Positions 41,801-52,175 are shown, numbered from the stretch's first letter. The stretch is 64,000 nucleotides of DNA from Fibrobacterales bacterium (GCA_051532055.1 JAOPTX010000042.1:111101-175100); one strand, 5' to 3'. A program made the numbers and translations. The notes: a model not told the origin generated them from the letters alone.

Positions 41801-43571
41801 TATACGCACTGCCAGAAGTAAACGTATGTGAGTAGTCACGCATAGAGGTTGTAACTGAGTGTACTCTTGAATTGATACTCGCGTATGGAGCACCATCTTG
41901 CTCTATCATAAACTCAACATCACGATTAGAGGTGGCACGTGCACTGTATTTAACAATATAGCGCGTGTTACTCCAAATATCAGTGCTGTTCCAGTATTGA
42001 ATTTGCCAATTGGCACCTGCAGTTGTGATATTTGCATACAATTCATTATTACCAGTGCTAAATGTTGCACTTGCACCAGAGGCATCAACCCAATTGTTCC
42101 ACCCAGCAGAACCGGTTGAAAAGTTACCATTATCGAGCTGGTTATTACACGATTCATTGCTAAATGAAGGGATAGTGATACGTGCATAAGATCTATGAGT
42201 ATTACCATCATTATCAGTTACTTTTAATCTAATAGTGTGAATTCCCTCTGAAAGAGAGAGTGCAGGGTTTTGAGATGTGGCAACCGTTACACCATTATCT
42301 TTCCATTGATAGCTTACAATATGTCCATCATCAGACGCAACACCAGTAAACTGAACTATTTCACCAGCCGCACCATCAGTGTCGAATACTATCTGATCAT
42401 CACCTGCATAACCCGTTGGTCTACCCGGAGCTTCACAAGGGTCACACGTCTTATTGTTGTCTTTTTCTTCGTTCAAAAAGTCTTTAGTATAGCGTCCCAT
42501 ATATCCAGGACCTTCAGCTAATACAGTAAACTGATCATCTTCAAACATAATAGGTCTAAAACTATTATCAAATACCCATGCAGTAAAGCTCAAGTTGTTC
42601 GCTTTAATATAATTTTTAAGAGAAACACCATAGGCGTCCTGATCGATAGGAGTTGTGGTAACACAATCTTCGATAGGGCATGGTGCGCCAACTTCATAAC
42701 CAAATTCAGTTACTATAATAGGGAAGTTGTTTACGGTTGATCCTACATATTGGTTCAGTGATGGATCACCTTTCCAGTGAGATCCATAAATATGGAGTGC
42801 ATAGCCAATACGTTCTTCAGGAGCAGGGTCTTGTATTGGGTTACTATTAATACCAGCGAGTTCATGAGTATATACCGGACTTCCTACAACAAGAAAAGTC
42901 TCTGTAGCACCCATATCATTACGGATATATTCTACGAGAGGCTGGGCAAGATCATCTTTAAAGTCATCCCAAAGAATACTCCCTCCAGAAGATCCACCAG
43001 GCCACACGTGATTATCGAGGTCAGATACTGGCTCATTAAACAGTTCAAAGAGTACATTAGGATTGTCTCCATACCGATCAGCAGCCCATCCCCAAAATAG
43101 TTTTGTTGCATCTATATTTGAGAGAAAGTAGTTCCAGTTATTTGTGGAGTGGTAATCAATAAGGCAATAAATATCTTGGAGAACACATTCATCAACAGCA
43201 GCATCAATAAAATCAGTCCAACCATCAGGATCAGTGTTCCAACCACCGAATCCCCATCCCATATCATCAACATGGACTGGAATACGAATAATGTTTGAGT
43301 GCCAACCCTTAGATGCATCTGATGCAAGGCGGAGGGTAGCGCGAAGCTGATTGAGGGGTGTATTGGTTAAGTCATTACTGTAATGACCTTCTACCGTATT
43401 GACATTTGTTGCGGTAAATTTTGCATCTGCAATAGCAACGCCTCTCAAGACGACAACGTTACCATCTGAATCACAGATGTCCTTGCCGCAACTCTGAAGA
43501 CGGGGTTTTGCCAATGTAACTGACACACCGAGTACTAATAGCGTTGCAATCACTGTTTTGAATAATTTCAA
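38871..43571 (-). CDS. Multimodular GH5 glycoside hydrolase: GH5 - PKD-like - CBM4/9-like - 6xFN3 - CBM6/35-like - FN3 - CBM4/9-like
   Basis: IRIP, IDYH, ELFNEP (acid/base), HIY, VTEFG (nucleophile); seven DxxxPx-initiated FN3 repeats; IEAEDY module; two NG(N/D)FS modules; TTG at 43571 follows AAGGAG. Confidence 0.88.
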   Translation of the reverse strand: MKLFKTVIATLLVLGVSVTLAKPRLQSCGKDICDSDGNVVVLRGVAIADAKFTATNVNTVEGHYSNDLTNTPLNQLRATLRLASDASKGWHSNIIRIPVHVDDMGWGFGGWNTDPDGWTDFIDAAVDECVLQDIYCLIDYHSTNNWNYFLSNIDATKLFWGWAADRYGDNPNVLFELFNEPVSDLDNHVWPGGSSGGSILWDDFKDDLAQPLVEYIRNDMGATETFLVVGSPVYTHELAGINSNPIQDPAPEERIGYALHIYGSHWKGDPSLNQYVGSTVNNFPIIVTEFGYEVGAPCPIEDCVTTTPIDQDAYGVSLKNYIKANNLSFTAWVFDNSFRPIMFEDDQFTVLAEGPGYMGRYTKDFLNEEKDNNKTCDPCEAPGRPTGYAGDDQIVFDTDGAAGEIVQFTGVASDDGHIVSYQWKDNGVTVATSQNPALSLSEGIHTIRLKVTDNDGNTHRSYARITIPSFSNESCNNQLDNGNFSTGSAGWNNWVDASGASATFSTGNNELYANITTAGANWQIQYWNSTDIWSNTRYIVKYSARATSNRDVEFMIEQDGAPYASINSRVHSVTTSMRDYSHTFTSGSAYTQAKVGFKFGGRGTSDVIIDNVVFAVESSCGNGDTENPTTPLNLAASLNGVSSALLSWSEASDNNEIAGYGIYVNGVLKKSVGPITTTSITGLPVGTSNTISIVAIDASSNHSPQSAAVVIVTAGDEEAPTVPTNVAAASMDPYSVAVTWSASSDNVGVVSYDVFVDGLFNTSVTTPSAVVNQLTPATTYTITVKAIDAAGNESTVSQGMSVTTLDPPDTQSPTAPTSAIATATGMYSINLVWNTSTDNVGVIGYDVYQGSDLLVSLGTVTSYEITNLLHNTMYTFHVVAKDAAGNFSVASATAMATTDDDTEAPTEPTSVTASSTGTTSVSVSWSAANDNIGVSSYDIYVDGVFNKSVTTISSSVTGLTAETSYAITVIASDAAGNKSTVSNVATVTTDTPPDTEAPTAPTATIATATGMHSINLEWNASTDNIGVVGYDVYTHNDLLVSLGTVTSYEITGLLHNTRYEYHVIAQDAAGNRSVASAIAIANTDNDTEAPTVPVSVAGEATGTSSLSISWAVSTDNVGVFGYNVFIDGVYSQTVGPETIASIQGLNEETEYVITVNSEDAAGNQSTHSTPIVVTTDAQPTQVALLIEAEDYSSKHASIQTEGTDDVGGGLNIGWISTDRWTQYDNLTLAEGLWKVEVRHATWSTNRIIKIKIDGATKTTYTKASSTYTGSGNKYQTWKTGTSEVFSIDNGDIHTVQLSFGNGSQNLNWVRFVPVIPDTEAPSTVVGLVVTGVTSSAISLDWNSATDNVAVTGYDVYRDNVFLTTTSSSSYTVTGLNAESAYSFTVKAKDAEGNASVAFSNSVTGTTDAVPAVNILNNGDFSNGTTDWMCNIWGGAATCSVSGGAYKVAISDPGTSDWNIQPSQDNFVLQNGVTYTFAFDARASVNRIAKIKVETDGSPWSDYANIGNGSVLGTSMARYSYTFTMTETADARIVFNIGATGTNSVYIDNIWLTEGTSDPCSGQVGCP

Positions 43572-43969
43572 ATTTTTTCTCCTTGATTTGTATGTGTATG
43601 CACCAGTCTTATGCAATAGGTACCAGCATGACAATTATTTTTGTTCATAGCATTAATACACTGCATTGGATAGAAGTATCTTGATTCAGAAATATCTGAG
43701 TATATATATGTGGCATGCATTCAAGTATTCTAAGTGTATTGAATGCAAACTTCTAACCGCGTGTCCCAAACGTAGTGCTGCTTACAAATATACTACAGTT
43801 GATTTTAATTAAAAGATCAGAGCAGCGTTGTAGACAACTATTTGTATTAACTGAAAGTGACTAATGTAAAATCGGACTACATATTGATAGTTTTTCGTAG
43901 TTTACCCTAGGTAAGCAGGGGTATTATGATTATGTGAACGAGCTAAACAGGGAGCTGAATAGTTATACA

Positions 43970-45487
43970 TTATTCCTCAAAATCAACCTGCGGGACCCAC
44001 GTAGCATCGTCACCATACGTACCAAGCATATCGATGAGTGTTCCATCGTTACCATTGACAGAGCCATCTTTGACAATCGTCATCTGTAAGGGATTATACA
44101 CAAAATCATAACTGAGCACTAATCGAGTTGTATCACTCAATTGTTCAGTTGAGTGATACATATCTCTTTTTATTTCTGAAGCAGTAAGTGCTCGATTCCA
44201 AATGCGCGCATTATCCATACGCCCATCAAAGACCCCGTCTCTTTCCACAGTGCTCTGACCCAAGTAATTAACCGATCGTTCGACCGCATCAGGATTTGCA
44301 AAAATTCCACGGTCTTTAGATCTAATCAATTCACCATTTTTATAGAACGAGATAAGGCCACTTGGAGTTACGCATAGGGCAATATGCATCCATTCACCTA
44401 CAAAAAGAGCGTTATAAACTTCTTCTATTATCCATGGCCTATGTTCTCCAGATGGATCAGTATTAGTCATTGCATATCTGAGGTTATACATTCCATTCAC
44501 CTCCCGAAGCCCAAACGCAGCAGCATAGTCATCATTTGGACCTTTCGATAGGTGAAACAAGTGTATTATTGTGTCCATTACATCCCATCTTACCCAAGTT
44601 TCGAATGTAATACCATAGGTTGGCCAATCGTAATTCATATCACTCTCTATTTTTACATGCTCAGGCCTGCCATTAAAGTTTAACACTGAAGGTACCAGTA
44701 GATTACTCGACGACGAAACACTCATTGATGATAGTATCATGACCTCTACAGATGATGACGATTGGGATGATTGGGATGATAGGGAGGAGGATGATAGGGA
44801 AGAGGATAATTCCAACAGTGAGGAACTTGAACTGATTGATGCACTCGATGCATCAATAGTGTCAATAGTTGTGACATAATTGGTATCACTCGTTACCACG
44901 TCGACACTTTCAACATTCAGTAATACCTCAGAACCTTGTGCATCTCCAGAAAAATAGAACTCTGGATACACACCCGTAGGCAGCTTATCGATGACTACTG
45001 TAGCTATGGAATCAACTGAATACACCACACTACCTACACGGGTAGAATTTTTAACATATACCTGTCCATTTACAATGGGGGTATAATCAGATAAGGTGAT
45101 TACAATGGTACCGGTACCTTGAAGGGTGTCAGATGATTCTAAATCACTGGTATCATTAATAAGAAGTGAGGAATTGTAAAAGCCCGTTGATGCATTTTCA
45201 TTAATCACTTCAAGGGCATAGAGTCCGCTATCCAAATTATCAAAGGCATAGTGACCTTCTGTATTACTGAGAACTGTTTTACGAAGTATATTGAGGCTAT
45301 CTACTACTGGACTGTAGCCGTCTGATATAAGTGATACGGTTACACCGTTTTCTGGAGTTCCATTAGCGGTATACAGAGTTCCTGCAATTTGACCACCTGT
45401 TTCAATATCTGTAATACCAGATACATCGTCGCTATTAGATGAACATGCAAATAAAAAAAAACTAATCGTCAGCAATATACTTTTCAT
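43970..45487 (-). CDS. Lipoprotein with carboxypeptidase-regulatory-like Ig domain, Ser linker and LamG/concanavalin-like domain
   Basis: Lipobox LFAC; EGHYAFDNL.SG.Y; TFETWV, WMHIA, YKNG, FDGRMDNARIWNRAL. Confidence 0.8.
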   Translation of the reverse strand: MKSILLTISFFLFACSSNSDDVSGITDIETGGQIAGTLYTANGTPENGVTVSLISDGYSPVVDSLNILRKTVLSNTEGHYAFDNLDSGLYALEVINENASTGFYNSSLLINDTSDLESSDTLQGTGTIVITLSDYTPIVNGQVYVKNSTRVGSVVYSVDSIATVVIDKLPTGVYPEFYFSGDAQGSEVLLNVESVDVVTSDTNYVTTIDTIDASSASISSSSSLLELSSSLSSSSLSSQSSQSSSSVEVMILSSMSVSSSSNLLVPSVLNFNGRPEHVKIESDMNYDWPTYGITFETWVRWDVMDTIIHLFHLSKGPNDDYAAAFGLREVNGMYNLRYAMTNTDPSGEHRPWIIEEVYNALFVGEWMHIALCVTPSGLISFYKNGELIRSKDRGIFANPDAVERSVNYLGQSTVERDGVFDGRMDNARIWNRALTASEIKRDMYHSTEQLSDTTRLVLSYDFVYNPLQMTIVKDGSVNGNDGTLIDMLGTYGDDATWVPQVDFEE

Positions 45488-45728
45488 AATAAACCTATTG
45501 AATGTACCACATTAGATGCAGAACAAACTGGATTTTGTACAAAATAGAGATCGATATGATATGCAGTGGACATGCTACCATCCAAAACTCTTGTGTGTGT
45601 GTGCTTCAGTATACCCCTAATATGATCCAATTTCAATACTATTTATAGTGATGTTTTCACTATTTAGGGCGATGTAATGGAATAGCCATACCGCTAGAAT
45701 TAATGGGGATACGAGTATAACCGTGAAC

Positions 45729-45830
45729 TTATAATACTGTTACGACACTCGCGTAAGATAGTCCCAATAGGACTAATCCTACAATACTATATGGAATGAC
45801 ACCCAATATCGTTTCATCAAGCTGATTCAT
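45729..45830 (-). CDS. Putative 33-aa single-TM small protein MNQLDETILGVIPYSIVGLVLLGLSYASVVTVL
   Basis: Hand-translated; GAGGGG RBS-like sequence 7 nt upstream of ATG; below the ORF-track size cutoff. Confidence 0.4.
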   Translation of the reverse strand: MNQLDETILGVIPYSIVGLVLLGLSYASVVTVL

Positions 45831-46113
45831 TAGTATTCCCCTCAATATGTTTTTCTCTCTTATCTTCATCGTCTGCCTTATTGGATAGGAGTGTGAATAT
45901 GTGTGTTTCCCGTTCCATACATATAAATGTAGATACGATTACAATGAATAGAATAGCTGAGCCCAGCAACCGGTAACTTTTCGGTTACACCTGTAACCGC
46001 TTAAGCATATTTAGGCAATAATTGGCTAATATTTGGACTGTAGAGTAAAGAAGCGAGTATTTACGGGATAGTAAACAAGAACGGTGCTCCATATTCTTTA
46101 AGCAATGGCTTGG

Positions 46114-47019
46114 TTATTTTCTCTTAAAACCCTTGATTGAAAGGGTAACACCCCCAAGGATGACGAGAATGGCCCCTACGATTTTGAGTGCCGTAAATGG
46201 CTCATCATACACGACACTCCCCAGCACAAGTACTGTAACTGGACCTACGGCACCATAAATAGAGACACGCTCTGGACCGAGCTCGGCTAACCCTTTATTG
46301 ATCATAAAAGAGGGGAGAACCGTACATCCTGCGCCAATTGCACTTCCAATAAGAAGTACATCTGTTGAAATTTCTGCAAATCCAATGGGTGATGCAATTG
46401 AGAAATGGGTAACCAAAGAGACTGCTGAAGTGAGCATTGCATAGGAGGTAAACCGAATACTCCCTATTTTTTTAATGAGCTTTCCGCCAACCACAAGGAA
46501 TATGGCAAAGGTAAAAGCTGCTGCAACGATCAGGAATGACCCAAAGAGTTGATCGCTGTTATCAAAATTAACATCACCAAAAAACATGCACAAAATACCA
46601 GAATAACTGATTATGAGTGCAACGAGGACTCTGCGTGTAATCTTTTGTTTGAGTATACCCACAGATATGATAAAAACAAAGGTAGGGTAGAGGTAAAGTA
46701 TCATTCGTTCTAGGCCCGAACTAATATACTGCATACCGGTAAAGTCCATAAAACTTGATAAGTAATAGCCGATAATTCCTAAGAAAAGAAGCGTCAACCA
46801 CTCTTTCTTAGTAATGGGTACTTTTGAGCGTTGACTTGCTATTATACCAATAATGATGTAAAATGGTGCGGCAGATGCCATTCGGAGCATAAGAACCGTT
46901 AATGGCGACGCCCCATGCAGGTACGCCCATTTCGCAAGAAGCACTTTACTCGAAAAGAGTATGGTGCCTATCACCGTGAGTATAATACTCAGTTTCTCTT
47001 GAGATTGATTATGTGCCAT
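46114..47019 (-). CDS. DMT/EamA family transporter
   Basis: LFSSK, GYYLSSF.DF.G.QYIS.GLER.ILY.YPT; 10 TMs. Confidence 0.88.
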   Translation of the reverse strand: MAHNQSQEKLSIILTVIGTILFSSKVLLAKWAYLHGASPLTVLMLRMASAAPFYIIIGIIASQRSKVPITKKEWLTLLFLGIIGYYLSSFMDFTGMQYISSGLERMILYLYPTFVFIISVGILKQKITRRVLVALIISYSGILCMFFGDVNFDNSDQLFGSFLIVAAAFTFAIFLVVGGKLIKKIGSIRFTSYAMLTSAVSLVTHFSIASPIGFAEISTDVLLIGSAIGAGCTVLPSFMINKGLAELGPERVSIYGAVGPVTVLVLGSVVYDEPFTALKIVGAILVILGGVTLSIKGFKRK

Positions 47020-47147
47020 TAGGGTAGAGCCTCACTTTAAGGGGCAATACTAACTAATAATGCATATAACCGCTTCTTTTTGAGCGGTAATTACATATTT
47101 TATATATATTAACCACGAACAAAAGTCCTCTCACACATAGGAATTCC

Positions 47148-48050
47148 ATGATTAAAGCACTTGCCCTCCCAGCAATTTCGTTATCCCTTTTTCTGATCAT
47201 AGGCTGTGGAAAATCAACTGTCGAAGAATTTTATAAAAACAGCAGTCAACTTAAGACAAGTTATACGACCAAAACGACCGATTCCGGCACCGTAATAAAA
47301 CATGGACTCTCAACTGAATGGAGTCGTCGTGGTGCAATTATGAAAACTGAGAAATATACTAATGGGGTTCTCGATAGTATTGCGACATACTGGTTTGCCA
47401 AAGACAAAAAAGAGCGCCAGTTAACCTACACAACGGGTATTAAAAATGGGGATGAGACCTGGTGGCACCCTAATGGACAAGTAAAAAGTGAAACACAGTG
47501 GGAAAACGGCAAAATTGTAGGTACCAAAACGGAGTGGAGTAATAGTGGTCACAAAATCTACGAAGCCAAATTTAAAGATGGTGAAAAAGATGGTATTGAA
47601 TCAGAGTGGTTTGCTGATGGTGAATTGAAAATCCAAACAAGTTGGCTCAGTGGTAAAAAAGACGGAAAAGAGAACGAATGGTGTTTTGACGCAAAAAACA
47701 GTGGAAAACATCTCGTAGGCCACGAAAGACATTGGAAGGAAGGCAAACAAGTTAAAACTGAACGCTGGTATGACTGTCAATTCAATGGAGCCCTTTCTTC
47801 AAGAATCCCTTACACTAATGGCAAAATGGACGGTAAATATGTGGCCTATTGGGTATCGGGACCTTATAAAGGTCGTGTCATGGAGAGTGCATACTATAGA
47901 AATGGTAATGAAAAACTTTCTTCTAAGAAAAGATACTTTAACCCTGAAGATGAAAACAAGCGTCCACGCTCAACACCTATTATTGGATTGACCTCCAAAG
48001 AAAAGAAGATGATTAGACTCCAGAAGAAAATGGCGCGAGCCAAAAACTAG
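47148..48050 (+). CDS. Lipoprotein with MORN-variant (YwqK-like) repeats
   Basis: Lipobox IIGC; repeated G.K.G....W...G....E..(Y/W) units. Confidence 0.75.
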   Translation: MIKALALPAISLSLFLIIGCGKSTVEEFYKNSSQLKTSYTTKTTDSGTVIKHGLSTEWSRRGAIMKTEKYTNGVLDSIATYWFAKDKKERQLTYTTGIKNGDETWWHPNGQVKSETQWENGKIVGTKTEWSNSGHKIYEAKFKDGEKDGIESEWFADGELKIQTSWLSGKKDGKENEWCFDAKNSGKHLVGHERHWKEGKQVKTERWYDCQFNGALSSRIPYTNGKMDGKYVAYWVSGPYKGRVMESAYYRNGNEKLSSKKRYFNPEDENKRPRSTPIIGLTSKEKKMIRLQKKMARAKN

Positions 48051-48075
48051 TAGAACCCTTCTTATTAGATTTACG

Positions 48076-48112
48076 GAGACCCCAAAGTGAATGCTTTGGG
48101 GTCTTTTTTTTT
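48076..48112 (+). terminator. Intrinsic terminator
   Basis: AGACCCCAAAG-tgaatg-CTTTGGGGTCT followed by a T run. Confidence 0.88.
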
Positions 48113-48247
48113 GAGATGCTACTCTATGGAAATATCGTAACATCACATTTTGTGAGGGATATACACGAGCAGCTACAACCATAAGGAGAATACTTATTTA
48201 AACCTTTATATCTTATAAATATGTCTACAGTTATTCAGGTATCAATT

Positions 48248-49453
48248 ATGAAAGCCCTTTATACATATCCTCTTGTTTTTTGTATTGGAATGCTCACTAT
48301 GCAGTGCCAATTTATTAACGACAAACCAATCTCAGGGGTAGACTCCGAAGAACAGTCATCTTCTTGGCACAGCCAGGAACCAGAGAGCTCATCTAGGGAA
48401 CCTTCAGATGTGAACACAGAGTCGTCATTCAATACAGCAAATTCAAGTTTTTTGAACTCTCATACTGACGTAAAAGAAGAGAAGGTCATTCTTTATTCCT
48501 CATATGACTCTTTGGAAAGGAGTTCTAATTATCAATCATCTGAAGAACCCCCTACAGAAATTTTAGAGAGTAGTAGCAGTAGTAGTAGTAGTGATACTCT
48601 GACTATCGAACAGCGTAGAAACGGACGTGACCTTCCTTATAAATATACTACGAATGATTCTACATATTTAGCGCCAGACGATTCACTTTTTTTTCTAACA
48701 CCACCACGCATGTATACCTGGGTTGTATATCACAAAGATGCAGATGATGACACGCTATTTGTCCACTCGGATATTATATTTGAAAGCCCAAACTGGGAAG
48801 AAGAACCTATAGAACTCATGATTTATAATGAATATTTTAATGAAGACTATACACTTGCAGAAGAATTGATTCCAGAAAAATATCTAAGTGCTGACGATAC
48901 TGTATATGTTAACTATGGCACCAACCCATTATACTCGGGATTCGCAAAAGATACGGTCAATCTTATCATTGATTTTTATTACGATGAGCAAACCTTTTTC
49001 AAATATTTTATTGAGAATACACTTTTTATGAATTCTGAAGGGGATATTTCTTTTGATAATCTAAATCATACAACGATTCTCTCAGCTCCCGAGTGGATTA
49101 CCTCACATTCAACTTATACACCACAATTATTTCCGAGTGAAATGGGGGCAAACTATACACGGTATAATTGTGAAGATGGTCGTAGTTTTACGAATGACAT
49201 AGCAGGAGCTGGATCAGGTGACCGATTTTACTTTGGTGGTTTTCCCTACTATATAGAGTTAGGAACCTATACTCAGATGAGTTGGAATAATAACGCCAGC
49301 GATTCAATAGGTATCTGGGTTATTGAATCAACCAATGCCTATGGGAATAAAGACACCTTAACCATTACAACACATCACTACTATGCAGATAGATGCACCC
49401 ATTCTGACTGCTCTTTTGTTATTAGAGAAGATGAAATTCTCTGTGGGTCTTAA
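48248..49453 (+). CDS. Hypothetical lipoprotein with Ser-rich linker
   Basis: MKALY...LTMQC signal/lipobox-like; poly-Ser stretch; no recognised domain. Confidence 0.65.
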   Translation: MKALYTYPLVFCIGMLTMQCQFINDKPISGVDSEEQSSSWHSQEPESSSREPSDVNTESSFNTANSSFLNSHTDVKEEKVILYSSYDSLERSSNYQSSEEPPTEILESSSSSSSSDTLTIEQRRNGRDLPYKYTTNDSTYLAPDDSLFFLTPPRMYTWVVYHKDADDDTLFVHSDIIFESPNWEEEPIELMIYNEYFNEDYTLAEELIPEKYLSADDTVYVNYGTNPLYSGFAKDTVNLIIDFYYDEQTFFKYFIENTLFMNSEGDISFDNLNHTTILSAPEWITSHSTYTPQLFPSEMGANYTRYNCEDGRSFTNDIAGAGSGDRFYFGGFPYYIELGTYTQMSWNNNASDSIGIWVIESTNAYGNKDTLTITTHHYYADRCTHSDCSFVIREDEILCGS

Positions 49454-49717
49454 TATGTACGTTTAGAAGAGCTATAAAGTACAATCTCTATTTCATTTGT
49501 TATTTAAAACTAAAAGTTTGGTTACATCACCTTATATTAGTGCGCTTAAATCTTTTTTGTGTACTCAACGCATTTAATTTTTTTGAGCCTACGTAAACAT
49601 TTAGGTACATGAATAAGCGACCATTATAGACAACGCTATGTCAGCAGTGGGGAACAATAATTGACTACTCGTGTGCAGACAATTTTATTCATATCTACTG
49701 AGCCGAGATACGCTGTC

Positions 49718-49744
49718 AAAAAGGCCACAACGTTTGTTGTGACC
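49718..49744 (-). terminator. Intrinsic terminator after 49789..51084
   Basis: 9-bp stem with a G-U pair on the minus strand, then T5. Confidence 0.6.
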
Positions 49745-49788
49745 CTTAAATTAGTGAATGTTTCTACTGACGATTTCTATTGAATAAA

Positions 49789-51084
49789 TTAAAAACACTT
49801 TCCATACCGACATATACCTTTGCCATTTGCTCTACGAATGGTATTCCTATTCTCTTGTATTTCTGTTATGTAAGTCTTGAGTTTTTCAGGAGTAAGCTCT
49901 GCTGACAAATCATTGATAGTCACTTCTGTAGAAGTGGGAGGAATAATCATGCTATTTCCGCTTTCATATATGTTGATAGAAAGTACCCCACTTTTGTGGC
50001 GGTATTTCTTTTTCTTACTTTTAAACTTCAGAGAAGCGGGTATATGACCATTTCTTCTTGCTTGTCTCATGCCTGAAACAAAAAATGCTGATACACGATC
50101 TGTACCGTTCAGGTCTAATAGCGTATAATCAGTTTTTTGCTGGTTCTCATCATCAATACTCATCATTATCGTTTGAGAAGAGTCTAGTCTAGAGTTGGTC
50201 GTGTAATCGATCGTTACATTGTATTGATACATTCCGTTACCTAAGTAGTTTACACTGATATCTGTAATTTCCAGTAGGGGTTGAACGACAACATTTTGGC
50301 TTTCAGAATATACCGTTTTACCATCTTCATTCACGATCTCTATCTTAACGCTATACTTATGACCGATAGGGTTCCCTATAATTGATCCATTTCCAATACA
50401 CATTCCCGTTGAAAGAGTCATGTCGCAGGTTGGCTCAATGTTGAATTGTGGTGATGTGTCATCTACAGGAGTGGCTGTTATATTCACAGCGCCCTGGTAA
50501 CTCTTTTCAGAACTACTGATACTAATATCAACTTCAATATTGATAAATGTGGATGAAAATCCTTTATCGTATGTGAGTGCAACGAGTTGTATAGCGCCTA
50601 TGTTATACTCTTCTTTATCTTCGTTTTCTACCACCACTTCTACTTTGGTGGGGGCACCCAGCTTATTTCCTTTTAGATCAAGCATACTCAATTCAACAAT
50701 ATACCGTACCTCAAGTGGTTTATCACCATTATCTATAACCGCGAGAAAACCAGCTTCACCCTGCCAATCATCTATAAAGTGAGCGGTGCCCGTTACTTTT
50801 ATTTGGCTATGTGCAGAGAGATCAACAAAGGTGTATTGGATCTGATCCACTTGAGCAATGACTTCTTTATCACCCTCTACTTGAATAAACAAATTAAATG
50901 AATTGGAGTTCTGAACTGTAATTCGGGCATTTTTGATCGGGCTACTTATTAAAGACACCTTTGATAAAGAGTATTGCTGTGAATCAGGTTTTATTTGTGT
51001 ATAATACTCTGTACCTAGTTGACAGCTCATGAGCATTGAGAAAAAGGCTACGCACATTAATTTGTAAAGAGTGTTGTTTGTCAT
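49789..51084 (-). CDS. Hypothetical lipoprotein, beta-sandwich-rich, basic C-terminus
   Basis: Lipobox LMSC; long ORF; no recognised family. Confidence 0.65.
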   Translation of the reverse strand: MTNNTLYKLMCVAFFSMLMSCQLGTEYYTQIKPDSQQYSLSKVSLISSPIKNARITVQNSNSFNLFIQVEGDKEVIAQVDQIQYTFVDLSAHSQIKVTGTAHFIDDWQGEAGFLAVIDNGDKPLEVRYIVELSMLDLKGNKLGAPTKVEVVVENEDKEEYNIGAIQLVALTYDKGFSSTFINIEVDISISSSEKSYQGAVNITATPVDDTSPQFNIEPTCDMTLSTGMCIGNGSIIGNPIGHKYSVKIEIVNEDGKTVYSESQNVVVQPLLEITDISVNYLGNGMYQYNVTIDYTTNSRLDSSQTIMMSIDDENQQKTDYTLLDLNGTDRVSAFFVSGMRQARRNGHIPASLKFKSKKKKYRHKSGVLSINIYESGNSMIIPPTSTEVTINDLSAELTPEKLKTYITEIQENRNTIRRANGKGICRYGKCF

Positions 51085-51371
51085 TATGAATTTCTCGAAA
51101 AAAAGTATGAGTATAAATATATATTACCTGATTTTGGGCAAATTAATTTCAGATGTTTCAGGATGATTTTACAGCTTTGTAATTGTAGAATTCGATGGGT
51201 ATATTCATAAAGTACTTCGTTTTAAAAAGGCAGCGTCAATTGTGGCAACTGCCTTATTTAAACATGAAAGACACTATGAGATACTAACATCTATTTCACC
51301 CTTATTTTTATTATTACCTGAATCAATACTTTTATAGTATAATAAAGCACACGTTTTAACATGAATCACAA

Positions 51372-52175
51372 TTGTTAAAGAATAATTCTTCGGGTATTTT
51401 AATTTCAATCATATGTAGTTTGATTCTACTTTATTCTCAACCTGTGGCAAAAAACAAAAAAGTACTCGTAAATGCATGGGGAGAAAACTGGGAACCATTT
51501 TGGATAAAAAATGAAAAGGGGTATTTTGGTATTGATCTCGAACTTTTACAAGAAGTGGTTGATTTAGCTGGGTTTGAGTTACAATACACAAAACATAGTG
51601 TCCCCTGGAAGCGACACTTGCATAGTTTAAAAACAGGTACTATCGACTTGGCTACAAGTGCCTCTAAAACCAAAGAGAGAGAAGTGTATGCTTATTTTAC
51701 GATACCATATCGGCATGAGCGTGTGGGGCTCTATTTTAGAAATGATGATGTAAATAAATATGAAATTCAAAAAATAGAAGACCTTTTGAACTACCCGAAT
51801 CTCAAAGTTGGCATCGAGTCCGGAGTGTATTACGGAAGACGTATCGATTCACTATTGAACACTATTAAACATCGTGTTGAGGCAATAACCGATGAAAATG
51901 ATTCAAACAGAAAAAAACTTATCTACAAGCGAATTGATTGCTATTTAGGGTACCCTACTTCTGAAATAGCTTATAAGGACACAAGTGACATTGTTGAATT
52001 ACACACAATGCCACTTATTACTACCGGAGACATCCATATTATGCTCAGTAAAAAGAATAATACTTCTGAAGAATTTAATGCTCTTAATAACGCTCTAAAA
52101 GAAATTATGACCAATGGAACCTATGATAGAATAGTCAAGAAATATAGTGAAAAATATGGCGTGGCTATCTGGTGA
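51372..52175 (+). CDS. Amino-acid-type substrate-binding protein (family 3), stand-alone
   Basis: WEPF, GIDLEL, PWKR...LK.G.ID, T.ERE..AYFT.PY, L.YKRID, NGTYD.I..KY. Confidence 0.85.
   Translation: MLKNNSSGILISIICSLILLYSQPVAKNKKVLVNAWGENWEPFWIKNEKGYFGIDLELLQEVVDLAGFELQYTKHSVPWKRHLHSLKTGTIDLATSASKTKEREVYAYFTIPYRHERVGLYFRNDDVNKYEIQKIEDLLNYPNLKVGIESGVYYGRRIDSLLNTIKHRVEAITDENDSNRKKLIYKRIDCYLGYPTSEIAYKDTSDIVELHTMPLITTGDIHIMLSKKNNTSEEFNALNNALKEIMTNGTYDRIVKKYSEKYGVAIW

Noticed and set aside
51222..51262. Hairpin AAGGCAG...CTGCCTT between divergent genes as an ncRNA or riboswitch
   Set aside because: Short imperfect stem with no recognisable riboswitch consensus.
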